Shown here one piece after another: positions 49,115 through 59,135 of a stretch of DNA of 64,000 bases (the stretch's first letter is position 1; each line of letters begins with the position of its first letter). Source of the DNA: Sulfurospirillum sp. GTDB taxonomy: Bacteria > Campylobacterota > Campylobacteria > Campylobacterales > Sulfurospirillaceae. The translations under genes were made by a program, and so were the position numbers. The stretch lies in assembly GCA_045047115.1 (NCBI GenBank), contig JASFYR010000008.1:1-64000 (forward strand). Direction: 5' to 3'. The notes under the pieces were generated by a model. It saw only the letters and a list, made by a program, of their open reading frames with translations, searched no databases and was not told the DNA's origin.

Positions 49115-49906
49115 TTAATCCTTCATCTTTTTTTCTAATCTTCTTGAATACAAAGATATCGGGTATGTTAAAAGAAGATATCCTATAGCCAAAGGTATAT
49201 AGCTTTCCAGTGTAGAAAAGGTATAAGAGTTTACTTCTTGGGCATTCATGGTAAATTCATTTACTGATATGATTGACAAAAGCGAAGAGTCTTTGATGAT
49301 GGATGCAAATTGACCTGTGAGAGGAGGTATTATCCTCTTGTACGCTTGTGGAAATATAATGTATCTGTATGTTTGAAAAGGCGTAAAACCAAGAGAAAGA
49401 CCCGTCTCGTACTGTTCTTTTGATATGCTAAATATCGCTGCTCTTATGATTTCACTTATGTATGCACCAGAGAAGATGGCTAAAATTAAAACCCCTGCTA
49501 TATATCTGTTATCAAGTCCCAGATTTGCGGCAACTACATAAAAAAATATCAAGATTTGCACTAATAGAGGTGTTCCTCTTATGGTTTCTACATAAAATCT
49601 TGAAAAGAAACGAAGTAAAATTATCTTTGAATTTTGTCCGTAAGCAAAGAACAAGCCTATGAAAAAACTCAAAATAAGAGCAAAAAAAGATATATAGACA
49701 GTTGTAAAAAACCCATCAATAAACTTTTGTCTATACTCATATATACTTTGCCAGTTAAAATTATACTCTGTACCGACAAACATAAAGTAGAAGAACAGAC
49801 CTATAATTGAAAATAGTAATATAAAATTAAAAATGTAAACTACAGCTTTAATTTTTGCATCTTCTTTGTATCCAATTTTTTCTATAAATAGATTTCTAAA
49901 TTTAAT
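49115..49906 (-). CDS. Polar amino acid ABC transporter permease
   Basis: RGTPLLVQI, AYISEIIRA, IKDSSL. The frame stays open 41 codons above the ATG at 49783 to an ATT at 49906, which lies behind an AGGAG SD; the start is tentative. Confidence 0.85.
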   Translation of the reverse strand: MKFRNLFIEKIGYKEDAKIKAVVYIFNFILLFSIIGLFFYFMFVGTEYNFNWQSIYEYRQKFIDGFFTTVYISFFALILSFFIGLFFAYGQNSKIILLRFFSRFYVETIRGTPLLVQILIFFYVVAANLGLDNRYIAGVLILAIFSGAYISEIIRAAIFSISKEQYETGLSLGFTPFQTYRYIIFPQAYKRIIPPLTGQFASIIKDSSLLSIISVNEFTMNAQEVNSYTFSTLESYIPLAIGYLLLTYPISLYSRRLEKKMKD

Positions 49907-49914
49907 ATTCTCTC

Positions 49915-50709
49915 CTAAAAGAAAAACGGTATATTTAATTCAACAAATTTTTTCTTGACATCTTTTAGATATTTGTATGCCAATTTATCAAATGTACCAT
50001 CGCTTTTGGCTTTTTTGATAAATTCATTTATTTTAGCCTTCAGTTTTGGTTCATTTTGTCTAAGTGCAATTCCCCAATATCCAGGTTTTTTTGTGATTGG
50101 CTGAAGTAGTGCTACTGTTGTTTTTTTGTGTTTTTCCCAGTCTCTGTATATAGTTAATTGGTCATATATAAAAGCATCAGCTCTTTTTTGTATAACCTCT
50201 AAAACTGCAGAACTCTCTTTGTCAAATACCAGAATTTTTGCTTTTTTTAGGTGTTCAACTGCATAGATATGACCTGTAGTCCCTTTTTTAACAGCAACAA
50301 CCTTGTCTCTTTGGTTTAAATCTTTAACGCTTTTAACACCTGAAGTAGGATTTGTGAGAATACATAAATCAGATTGTGCATAAGGCAACGAAAAATCAAT
50401 TACTTTTTTTCTTTTGTCTGTAATTGTCATAGAAGAGATAATTATATCTATCTTTTTTGTTTTTAAAGATGGTATGAGACCATCCCATGCTATGTTTTGT
50501 ATGACAACTTTTCTGCCAAGATATCTTCCAAGTGCTTTTGCCAAATCTACACTGATGCCGCTTGGTGTACCGTCTTTTGTACTCATCTCAAAAGGTGGAT
50601 ATTGTAATTCCATACCAACTTTGAGAGGTCTAGGGTTTGTCACAGCATTTGCATATAATGGATTTAGCATTAATATAACAATAAAAGACACAATACTTTT
50701 AAATAGCAT
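49915..50709 (-). CDS. Polar amino acid ABC transporter substrate-binding protein
   Basis: YPPFE, WDGLIPSL, MTITDKRKKVIDFS, KKGTTG. Confidence 0.93.
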   Translation of the reverse strand: MLFKSIVSFIVILMLNPLYANAVTNPRPLKVGMELQYPPFEMSTKDGTPSGISVDLAKALGRYLGRKVVIQNIAWDGLIPSLKTKKIDIIISSMTITDKRKKVIDFSLPYAQSDLCILTNPTSGVKSVKDLNQRDKVVAVKKGTTGHIYAVEHLKKAKILVFDKESSAVLEVIQKRADAFIYDQLTIYRDWEKHKKTTVALLQPITKKPGYWGIALRQNEPKLKAKINEFIKKAKSDGTFDKLAYKYLKDVKKKFVELNIPFFF

Positions 50710-50807
50710 AATATTTCCTTGTTTTTTTAGTAGAGTGTATTATTGCAAAGTATTTATTATAAGTAAATTAAATATTTAGATATTTGTTGGCAGTTTGTAA
50801 AAATAAA

Positions 50808-50893
50808 TGGTACCTGAGGCCGGACTCGAACCGGCACGAGCAAAGCTCACAAGATTTTGAGTCTAGCGCGTCTACCAGTTTCACCACTCAGGC
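50808..50893 (-). tRNA. tRNA-Leu (anticodon CAA)
   Basis: GCCTGAG acceptor stem, TGGTAGAC D-loop, CT-CAA-AA anticodon loop, long variable arm, GGTTCGAGTCC, encoded CCA. Confidence 0.95.
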
Positions 50894-50920
50894 ACCTGAA
50901 ACAAGAAAGAAATAGTACAA

Positions 50921-50965
50921 AAAAAAAGCTTAAAGAGTGATTATACACAACTTTAAGCTATTTTT
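50921..50965 (-). terminator. Probable rho-independent terminator after hup
   Basis: AGCTTAAAG...CTTTAAGCT inverted repeat flanked by A and T runs. Confidence 0.55.
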
Positions 50966-50980
50966 ATTTTTTAAATATAC

Positions 50981-51259
50981 TTAAGATTTTGCTACAGCGT
51001 CTTTCAATCTTTTTCCAACTTTAAATTTTACAGCTGTTGTTGCAGGAACATCCACAATTTTATCAGTACCAGGAACTCTTGCTTTTCTAGCTGCTCTTTT
51101 TGCAGTACTAAATGTACCAAAACCGATAAAACTAACATTTTTGCCCGCTACTAAAGCATCTTGTACTGCTGCAATTGCTGCATCTACAACTTTTTGAGTG
51201 TCTTTCTTAGAAAGTTCAGCTTTTTCTGAAACCGCTTGAATAAACTCTGCTTTTTTCAT
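50981..51259 (-). CDS. hup: DNA-binding protein HU
   Basis: MKKAEFI, VSFIGFGTF, RAARKARVP, VKFKVGK. Confidence 0.96.
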   Translation of the reverse strand: MKKAEFIQAVSEKAELSKKDTQKVVDAAIAAVQDALVAGKNVSFIGFGTFSTAKRAARKARVPGTDKIVDVPATTAVKFKVGKRLKDAVAKS

Positions 51260-51337
51260 TCTACAATCCTTTGAAATAATGTATTTTAGGCATTGTACAC
51301 TTTTTTTTTTAAAAATACAATAATTTCAACAAAAAAT

Positions 51338-51364
51338 TAAATAAAAAATATAAAAAACCGATAT
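51338..51364 (+). promoter_or_regulatory. Sigma28 promoter upstream of flgL
   Basis: TAAA-N15-ACCGATAT. Confidence 0.6.
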
Positions 51365-51373
51365 TTTCATATA

Positions 51374-51389
51374 AGGAACCTAATTTGCT
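51374..51389 (+). promoter_or_regulatory. Sigma54 promoter upstream of flgL
   Basis: AGGAAC-CTAAT-TTGCT with GG and GC 12 bp apart. Confidence 0.7.
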
Positions 51390-51426
51390 TATATAATTCT
51401 AAGCGATTACGCAGGAGATTATAATT

Positions 51427-53427
51427 ATGAGAATAACCGATTCACTTTTTCACCTAGATGCAAAAAACAGCTATCAGGACAGTTTGAGAAAACTTTATGA
51501 TATAAACACTCAAATTTCATCAGGTTCAAAAATACAAAACAGTTATGAAAACAGTAGTATATATGTGGATACAATGAGACTAAATAATGAAATATCTACA
51601 TTTGATCAAGCAAAAAAGAGTAGTTCGAAAGCACAGACATTTGCAAATAATACTGATGCGACGATGAATGAGCTGGATGATACTTTAACAAAATTTAAAT
51701 CAAAACTCATACAAGCTGCCAATGGAACGAATTCAACTACAAGCCTGGGGGCAATAGCAGATGACTTAAGTGCCATGAGAGACCATCTAATAAGCATAGC
51801 AAACACTTCAATAAACGGACAGTTTTTATTTTCCGGCTCAGCCCTTGATATCAAACCCGTTAACAATGACGGCTCATATAGTGGAAATGGCGAAAAACTT
51901 ACATCTCTTGTAGGCTCAGGTGTACGGATTCCTTACAATGTGGACGGTGAGTCTCTTTTTCTTGGGCATGACAGTGATTATGAAAAGATTGTCTCTACAA
52001 ATGTTGCAATGCTTAATAAGACCGTTGAGAAAAACAGTGGCGACAAAGTGTATCTTAAGTCAAGTGACACTTTGCAGGATATGGTTGGTGGCGATGCCAC
52101 AACAAATGGTAAAACTGTATTTTATCTATCAGGCAGAAAACCAGATGGAGAGACTTTTAATAAGAAATTTTCACTGGATGGTGCATCAAAAGTTTCTGAT
52201 TTGCTTGATAGTATCGGTACATCATATGGAAATACTGCTTCAAGCAAAGTGGTAGATGTTAGTTTAAATAATTATGGGCAGATAGAAGTAAAAGACAAAA
52301 CAAAAGGAAATTCACTACTGCAGATGAATGTATTCGGAGCTATAGACAGAACTGCATCGGGCAGTGTTGGAAATGCTGATCAAACGGATATTGATGCTCT
52401 GGGGAGTGCGGCAAATGTGGATATTGTTGCCTTTGATAAAAGTAATTTTATAAATGCAAATGGTGTTACACTGAATGATTCTGCAAACTATACTAGAAAA
52501 AATTTTAAGAAAAACGGAAATGATATCTTGGGAAATGTTTCACAGTTTGTAAAAAGCAGTGGAGAATATGCTACGGCTAGCACAAAACTTGTTGATGTCT
52601 CAGGAGCCTCATCTCTTGATAGCAAAAAATTTATACTCTCTGGTGCAGATATCAGCGGAAACCCTTTTAGGGTTGAGATAAACTTTAGTAATGGAGCAGG
52701 TGGTACAACATTTTCAACAGATGGAGGAGTTACGAACTATAGTGTTTTTGATGCCAACGGCAATCCTACAAATGCAGATAATATGACATATCAACAATTA
52801 AATGATGTTGTAAGTATGGCGACAACATCCTCTGTTCCTGTTGCAAATGATCAGGTATCTTATAACAACGCAGTGGATACAGCAAAAAACAGTGTCGATG
52901 TTACAATGGACTATAGAGGCAGAATCAATATACATGACAAAACAAACTCTGTTTCCAAAATCAATTTTGCCATATATGATAATGATGCAGATCAATTTGA
53001 TGGAACAAAAAATCCAGCGATGTCTTTTATGGCAAATGATGCAGTTACTATTCAAGAGCCCCATATTGATTTTTTTAAAGAGATTGATCAGATGATTAAT
53101 GCTGTCAGAGGTGGAAATTTCAATATGAATTCAGACTTTTCAGATCCTAGAAATTTGGGAATCCAAAACTCTATACTTAAAATTGATCATATCAGCGATC
53201 ATACAATCAAAATGCATACAAAAATCGGCTCGTATTCAAATGCTTTGCAGAGTGCGGGTGACAGAGCTGATCTTTTAAGCCTAAATGTAAAAACCATACG
53301 AAGTAAAATAGCAGATGTTGATCTCGCAGAAGCATATACACAATTTACACAACTAAGCAATAGTTATCAGGCAACACTTTCTACAATAGCCAAAATAAAC
53401 TCAATGACTCTTTTAAAATATATGTAA
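51427..53427 (+). CDS. flgL: Hook-associated protein 3
   Basis: MRIT...QISSGSKI, ANTSINGQFLFSGS, DVDLAEAY...YQATL...INSMTLLKYM. Confidence 0.95.
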   Translation: MRITDSLFHLDAKNSYQDSLRKLYDINTQISSGSKIQNSYENSSIYVDTMRLNNEISTFDQAKKSSSKAQTFANNTDATMNELDDTLTKFKSKLIQAANGTNSTTSLGAIADDLSAMRDHLISIANTSINGQFLFSGSALDIKPVNNDGSYSGNGEKLTSLVGSGVRIPYNVDGESLFLGHDSDYEKIVSTNVAMLNKTVEKNSGDKVYLKSSDTLQDMVGGDATTNGKTVFYLSGRKPDGETFNKKFSLDGASKVSDLLDSIGTSYGNTASSKVVDVSLNNYGQIEVKDKTKGNSLLQMNVFGAIDRTASGSVGNADQTDIDALGSAANVDIVAFDKSNFINANGVTLNDSANYTRKNFKKNGNDILGNVSQFVKSSGEYATASTKLVDVSGASSLDSKKFILSGADISGNPFRVEINFSNGAGGTTFSTDGGVTNYSVFDANGNPTNADNMTYQQLNDVVSMATTSSVPVANDQVSYNNAVDTAKNSVDVTMDYRGRINIHDKTNSVSKINFAIYDNDADQFDGTKNPAMSFMANDAVTIQEPHIDFFKEIDQMINAVRGGNFNMNSDFSDPRNLGIQNSILKIDHISDHTIKMHTKIGSYSNALQSAGDRADLLSLNVKTIRSKIADVDLAEAYTQFTQLSNSYQATLSTIAKINSMTLLKYM

Positions 53428-53471
53428 TTTGCTATAATACGATTTTATATTAACTTTATGAAGGATTTGAA

Positions 53472-55544
53472 ATTTTAAAAGAGACTATTTTTGTTTTAGC
53501 GGCTGCATTTTTTGTTTTTCTAGGACTCTCCACAATCTTGATGGATGCTTCTGTAGTTGGAGTTTACGGCTCACTGCTCGGCAGAGAAAATCACCATCTT
53601 TTTGGTTATATATCTTATGCATATCCATTTGTTTTGATTGTTTTGTCATATTTGATATATAAAAACAATAGATTTGATACAAGAAGGATAGAGATATACC
53701 TGGCTTCCGTTCTTCTGTTTTTGGCACTGCTTATGATTCAGGCTCTTTTGATAGCACACAACGGATTTGTAGGCTACTCCATAACCCAATCAATCATATC
53801 ATATATAGGTATCGCAGGTGTTTGGATAGTTGTTGCATCTATCACTGCATTGTGCTTTGTTATGCTTTTCGATATAGGTTTTGACGAGATTTTCCCATCT
53901 TTTGATATAAAAGAGAAGTTATCGAGACAAAAAAAGACAAAACATTTTGAAATAAAAGAGATAGAAAGGAAAGAGACAAAAAAATCACCAAAATCAAAAA
54001 AAACTGATATCAAAAATCAAAAAAATACCGATGAGACAGAAGAAAAGAAACATGAAACGGTAACTCAAAGTGGAGTGGAAATTTTAAATGTTGTTGAAGA
54101 GAATGAAAAGCTTTTAGATGAGATAGATAAAGGGGAAGTTGATAAACCCAAAAATTACAAACTTCCTTCTTTAAAATTTTTAATGGATCCGCCAAAAAGG
54201 CACTCTCATATAAACGAGAGCGAAATAGACCAAAAAATTTCAGATTTACTTGATAAATTAAGAAGGTTTAAAATTGAAGGCGATGTAGTTAGAACCTATT
54301 CCGGACCAGTTGTTACAACTTTTGAATTTAAGCCGGCACCCCATATAAAGGTTTCAAAAATTTTGACTCTGCAGGATGATTTGGCTATGGCACTAAAAGC
54401 TCAAACGATTCGTATTCAGGCGCCAGTTCCAGGCAAAGATGTTGTAGGAATCGAAGTACCAAATAAAAAAATAGATACCATTTATCTAAAAGAGATACTT
54501 CAAAGTGATATTTATAAAAATTCATCTTCACCTCTAACTATAGCACTTGGAAAAGATATAGTAGGAAATCCTTTTGTTACAGATTTAAAAAAACTACCGC
54601 ATCTTTTGATAGCAGGAACCACAGGAAGCGGGAAAAGTGTTGGTATAAATGCAATGCTTCTGTCTTTGCTATATAGAAATTCACCGGAGATGTTAAAGCT
54701 CTTAATGATAGATCCAAAGATGTTAGAGTTCTCTGTTTACAACGATATTCCCCATCTTCTTACCCCTGTCATTACAAAACCAAAACATGCTATAACAGCT
54801 TTGGCAAATATGGTAAATGAGATGGAGAGAAGATATAAGATACTAAGTCAGTCAAAAACAAAAAATATAGAAAACTATAATGAAAAAGCGAAAAAACAGG
54901 GTTTACCCCATATCCCGTACATAGTTGTAATTATTGATGAGTTGGCAGATCTGATGATGACAAGTGGAAAAGAGGTGGAATTTTATGTCTCAAGGCTGGC
55001 TCAAATGGCAAGGGCGAGTGGAATTCATCTGCTTGTAGCAACGCAACGACCATCAGTAGATGTTGTTACCGGACTTATAAAAGCAAATCTTCCCTCAAGA
55101 ATTTCTTTTAAAGTTGGTCAAAAGATAGATAGCAAAGTTATATTAGATACCGGTGGAGCAGATTCACTTCTTGGTCGAGGGGACATGCTTTTTACTCCTC
55201 CGGGAAGCTCTGGACTTATCAGGCTTCACGCACCTTATGCCAGCGAAGAAGAGATAGAAGAAGTGGTTGAATACCTTAAAAAACAGCAAACCGTAGAGTA
55301 TGATGAGAGTTTTTTGAAAGAGAGCGAGAGTGATATAGGTGGCAATACCTTGGTAGATGATGAGATAGACGAGCTTTTTGAAGATGCTAAAAATATAGTC
55401 TTAAACGAAAAAAAATGCTCCATCAGCTATATACAGAGACGACTTCAGATAGGATATAACCGAGCAGCACGAATTGTTGAGCAAATGGAGGCAACCGGGA
55501 TACTTTCAGCCCCAAATTCCAAAGGTCAAAGAGAAATTTTATAA
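53472..55544 (+). CDS. ftsK: DNA translocase FtsK
   Basis: GPVVTTFE, PHLLIAGTTGSGKS, IDPKMLE, ATQRPSVDV, LLGRGDML; gamma domain QRRLQIGYNRAA. The ATT start at 53472 is tentative (track start 53538). Confidence 0.95.
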   Translation: MLKETIFVLAAAFFVFLGLSTILMDASVVGVYGSLLGRENHHLFGYISYAYPFVLIVLSYLIYKNNRFDTRRIEIYLASVLLFLALLMIQALLIAHNGFVGYSITQSIISYIGIAGVWIVVASITALCFVMLFDIGFDEIFPSFDIKEKLSRQKKTKHFEIKEIERKETKKSPKSKKTDIKNQKNTDETEEKKHETVTQSGVEILNVVEENEKLLDEIDKGEVDKPKNYKLPSLKFLMDPPKRHSHINESEIDQKISDLLDKLRRFKIEGDVVRTYSGPVVTTFEFKPAPHIKVSKILTLQDDLAMALKAQTIRIQAPVPGKDVVGIEVPNKKIDTIYLKEILQSDIYKNSSSPLTIALGKDIVGNPFVTDLKKLPHLLIAGTTGSGKSVGINAMLLSLLYRNSPEMLKLLMIDPKMLEFSVYNDIPHLLTPVITKPKHAITALANMVNEMERRYKILSQSKTKNIENYNEKAKKQGLPHIPYIVVIIDELADLMMTSGKEVEFYVSRLAQMARASGIHLLVATQRPSVDVVTGLIKANLPSRISFKVGQKIDSKVILDTGGADSLLGRGDMLFTPPGSSGLIRLHAPYASEEEIEEVVEYLKKQQTVEYDESFLKESESDIGGNTLVDDEIDELFEDAKNIVLNEKKCSISYIQRRLQIGYNRAARIVEQMEATGILSAPNSKGQREIL

Positions 55545-55590
55545 TTTTTAAGCTACAATCTATCTAAAATACTATTAGGAGCATAGAGTT

Positions 55591-58146
55591 ATGGATTATT
55601 TAAAAGCTTACAATGACCATGTATTGGAAAGGTCAAGTCTTGGAGTTCCTCCACTGCCATTAGATGCACAGCAGACAGCTAGAGTTGTTGAGTCTTTGAA
55701 GAAAGGCGAAGGTGATCAAAAAGTTTTGCTGGAGCTTCTTATGCACAGAGTAAGTCCCGGAGTTGATGCTGCTGCTTATGTAAAAGCTGCATTTTTAAAT
55801 GCTATCGTAAAAAAAGAGGCAGAGTCCGTCTCTGTTACTCCTCTAAAAGCAGTAGAGATTTTAGGAACTATGCTAGGAGGCTACAATGTTCAGCCTTTAG
55901 TAGATGCGCTGAGCAATGATGATAAGTTTGTAGCACAGGCTGCTACAGATGCTCTGAAAAAAACTATACTGGTTTACAGCTCTTTTAATGATGTCGAAGA
56001 GTTGGCAAAGACAAATAAATATGCCAAAGCTGTTTTGGAATCATGGGCGAAGGCTGAGTGGTTTACTTCAAGAGAACCGATTCCGCAAAAGATCACAGTC
56101 GCTGTTTTAAGAGTTCCGGGAGAGACAAATACTGATGATCTGAGTCCTGCAAGTGAGGCATTTACCAGAAGTGATATACCCTTACATGCACAGTGTATGC
56201 TAGAAAAAAAACTTCCTAATGCGCTTCAAAAGATAAAAGAGTTCCAGGAAAAGGGATATGAGGTTGCCTATGTTGGCGATGTGGTAGGAACAGGGAGCAG
56301 TAGAAAATCAGGTATCAACTCAGTCCAGTGGTGGATAGGCAGAGAGATACCATTTGTACCAAACAAAAAGACAGGCGGATTGGTACTTGGAAACACGATT
56401 GCCCCTATATTTTTTAATACAGCAGAAGATAGTGGAGCATTGCCTATAGAATTGGATGTATCTTCTTTTGAGACAGGGGATATCATAGATGTTTACCCGT
56501 ATGTTGGCAAAGTAGAAAAAGACGGAAAAGTTGTAGCAGAATTTAAACTCACACCAAATACTTTAGCTGATGAGTATAGAGCAGGCGGAAGAATTCCTCT
56601 TATCATTGGGCGAGGCTTGACTTCAAAAGCAAGAGAGTCTCTTGGTCTTGGAGCAGAAGATATATTTGAAAAACCAGAACAGCCGACAGATAGTGGCAAA
56701 GGCTATACACAAGCTCAAAAAATTGTGGGACTTGCATGTGGGGTTGATGGCGTAAGAGCTGGTATGTATGTAGAACCTATAACTTCAACTGTTGGTAGCC
56801 AAGATACCACGGGACCTATGACAAGAGACGAGATAAAAGAGCTTGCGGCTTTAGGGTTTAATGCTGATTTGGTTCTTCAGACATTTTGTCATACAGCAGC
56901 CTATCCAAAGCCCAGTGATGTTCAAATGCAACATACTCTGCCCGGTTTTATGACAACCAGAGGCGGAGTCAGTTTGAAGCCTGGTGATGGAGTTATACAC
57001 TCTTGGTTAAACCGTATGGTTTTGCCAGATACTGTAGGAACAGGAGGAGACTCGCATACTAGATTTCCAATTGGTATCTCTTTCCCTGCAGGAAGTGGTC
57101 TGGTAGCATTTGCAGCTGTGACTGGAAGCATGCCACTAAATATGCCAGAATCCATACTCGTTAGATTTACAGGTGAACTACAACCCGGTATCACTCTGAG
57201 AGATTTGGTAAATGCTATACCTTATGTAGCTATACAAAAAGGACTCTTGACAGTACCTAAAAAAGACAAAAAGAATATCTTTGCAGGAAAGATTTTAGAG
57301 ATAGAGGGTTTGCCAAATCTAAAAGCAGAGCAGGCTTTTGAACTTAGTGATGCAAGTGCGGAGAGAAGCGCTGCTGCGTGTTGTGTAGCTTTGGATAAAG
57401 AACCTGTTGCTGAGTACCTAAAATCAAATATAGTTCTACTGGAGTCTATGGTCGAAGCGGGGTATGAGGATGCAACAACACTTCAAAGAAGAGCTGATAA
57501 GATGAAAAAATGGCTAGAAAATCCAACTCTGCTTAAGGCTGATAAAGATGCCGAATATGCAGCGGTGATAGAGATAGATATGAATGAGATAAAAGAACCG
57601 ATTTTGTGCTGTCCAAATGATCCGGATGATGTGGCAACTTTGAGTGAAATTTTAGCTGATTCAAACAGACCTAAAAACATAGATGAAGTTTTTGTCGGAA
57701 GCTGTATGACAAATATCGGTCACTATAGAGCTTTGGGAGAAGTCTTAAAAGGCGAGGGTCAAGTGCCGGTCAAGCTCTGGATAGCACCTCCGACTAAAAT
57801 GGATAAAGCAGAACTAGTAGAAGAGGGATACTACTCTGTATTTGGCTCAGTCGGTGCTAGAGTTGAGATACCTGGATGTTCACTTTGTATGGGTAACCAA
57901 GCAAGAGTGGCAGATGCGGCAACAGTATTTTCAACAAGCACTAGAAACTTTGACAATAGAATGGGTATGGGTGCACAAGTCTATCTGGGAAGTGCGGAAC
58001 TAGCAGCAGTATGTGCACTTTTAGGGAGACTTCCAAGTGCAAAAGAATATCTAGATATCGTTCCTAAAAAATTAGAGGGAAAAACAGACGATGTCTATAA
58101 ATACCTCAACTTTAATCTTATGGAAGATTACAAGCTTGCACAATAA
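55591..58146 (+). CDS. acnB: Aconitate hydratase B
   Basis: [61 protein letters not shown]. Confidence 0.98.
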   Translation: MDYLKAYNDHVLERSSLGVPPLPLDAQQTARVVESLKKGEGDQKVLLELLMHRVSPGVDAAAYVKAAFLNAIVKKEAESVSVTPLKAVEILGTMLGGYNVQPLVDALSNDDKFVAQAATDALKKTILVYSSFNDVEELAKTNKYAKAVLESWAKAEWFTSREPIPQKITVAVLRVPGETNTDDLSPASEAFTRSDIPLHAQCMLEKKLPNALQKIKEFQEKGYEVAYVGDVVGTGSSRKSGINSVQWWIGREIPFVPNKKTGGLVLGNTIAPIFFNTAEDSGALPIELDVSSFETGDIIDVYPYVGKVEKDGKVVAEFKLTPNTLADEYRAGGRIPLIIGRGLTSKARESLGLGAEDIFEKPEQPTDSGKGYTQAQKIVGLACGVDGVRAGMYVEPITSTVGSQDTTGPMTRDEIKELAALGFNADLVLQTFCHTAAYPKPSDVQMQHTLPGFMTTRGGVSLKPGDGVIHSWLNRMVLPDTVGTGGDSHTRFPIGISFPAGSGLVAFAAVTGSMPLNMPESILVRFTGELQPGITLRDLVNAIPYVAIQKGLLTVPKKDKKNIFAGKILEIEGLPNLKAEQAFELSDASAERSAAACCVALDKEPVAEYLKSNIVLLESMVEAGYEDATTLQRRADKMKKWLENPTLLKADKDAEYAAVIEIDMNEIKEPILCCPNDPDDVATLSEILADSNRPKNIDEVFVGSCMTNIGHYRALGEVLKGEGQVPVKLWIAPPTKMDKAELVEEGYYSVFGSVGARVEIPGCSLCMGNQARVADAATVFSTSTRNFDNRMGMGAQVYLGSAELAAVCALLGRLPSAKEYLDIVPKKLEGKTDDVYKYLNFNLMEDYKLAQ

Positions 58147-58165
58147 ATTAAAAACTTTCAAAAAA

Positions 58166-58188
58166 CAGGGCATCATTTAGATGCCCTG
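58166..58188. terminator. Hairpin downstream of acnB
   Basis: CAGGGCATC-ATTTA-GATGCCCTG, a 9-bp perfect stem; the U-tract is only on the minus strand. Confidence 0.55.
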
Positions 58189-58202
58189 AATTCAGGAAAT
58201 AT

Positions 58203-59135
58203 ATGTTAAAAGATAAGATAAAAAATAGAAAATCTGGCATACTTCTTTATGGTATGACTCCACCAAAAGCAAAGCATACGAAAGAAGAACTAAAAGAGAT
58301 AGCTGCTTGTCAAATACAAAGAATTAAAGACTTGCAAATAGACGGGCTTGTGCTCTATGATATACAAGACGAGAGTGACAGGACAGATATAAAGAGACCA
58401 TTTCCTTTTATAAAGACTCTTGATTCCTGTGATTATGCAAAAAACTACCTTGATGATGCTTTACCATTTCCCGTTATAGTATATAGAGCTGTAGGAAAAT
58501 ACAATAGAGCAGAATTTAAGCAATGGCTTAAAGATAGAGTTGGAAGAGAGTTTTTTTCGGTCTTTGTCGGGGCTGCCAGTAAAAAAACAGAAACGACTAT
58601 GGACATCAAAGAGGCATATAGACTCAAAAAAGAGATAGATGATGAGTTGATACTGGGTGGTATTGTTATACCCGAGAGGCATACTGCCAAAAAAGATGAA
58701 CATCTAAGAGTTTTTTCCAAGATCGAAAACGGTTGTGAGTATTTTATATCCCAAGCAGTATACAATCTCGAAGCTGCAAAGAGATTTTTGGATGATTATG
58801 TAATGCATGCTAAAAAAAATGATAAAGAGTTGGTGCCTGTGGTTTTTACTTTTACACCTTGCGGTTCGATCAAAACACTGGAATTTATGAAATGGCTTGG
58901 AGTTCATATAGCCCCGTCACTGGAGGAAAGATTGAAAAATGCAGAGGACATACTGAAGGAATCTGTAAAAACCTCCATAGCAAACTTTAGTGCACTTTAT
59001 GAATACGGTAAGAAAAAAGATGTTCCGATAGGTGCAAATGTGGAGAGTATCGCTATAAGAAAAGTGGAGATAGATGCGTCAATCTATCTACTTGACGAGA
59101 TAAAAAAGATTTTGAATAATGGGCATAAATATTGA
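58203..59135 (+). CDS. Methylenetetrahydrofolate reductase-like FAD-linked oxidoreductase
   Basis: YGMTPPK, YDIQDE, GGIVIPERH, GCEYFISQAVY, TPCGS..TLEFMKWLG. Confidence 0.75.
   Translation: MLKDKIKNRKSGILLYGMTPPKAKHTKEELKEIAACQIQRIKDLQIDGLVLYDIQDESDRTDIKRPFPFIKTLDSCDYAKNYLDDALPFPVIVYRAVGKYNRAEFKQWLKDRVGREFFSVFVGAASKKTETTMDIKEAYRLKKEIDDELILGGIVIPERHTAKKDEHLRVFSKIENGCEYFISQAVYNLEAAKRFLDDYVMHAKKNDKELVPVVFTFTPCGSIKTLEFMKWLGVHIAPSLEERLKNAEDILKESVKTSIANFSALYEYGKKKDVPIGANVESIAIRKVEIDASIYLLDEIKKILNNGHKY

Noticed and set aside
50835..50870. U-U mismatch in the tRNA-Leu anticodon stem suggesting a pseudo-tRNA
   Set aside because: All other arms and the CCA end are intact, and single mismatches are tolerated.
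46591..50893. Possible genomic island integrated at the tRNA-Leu 3' end
   Set aside because: No integrase or transposase, and I saw no duplicated tRNA 3' end (att site). The genes are ordinary accessory functions.
51301..51310. T10 homopolymer upstream of hup (also C7 near 39023) as phase-variation tracts
   Set aside because: A/T runs are common in this AT-rich DNA, and the C run is shorter than typical contingency tracts with its ORF intact.
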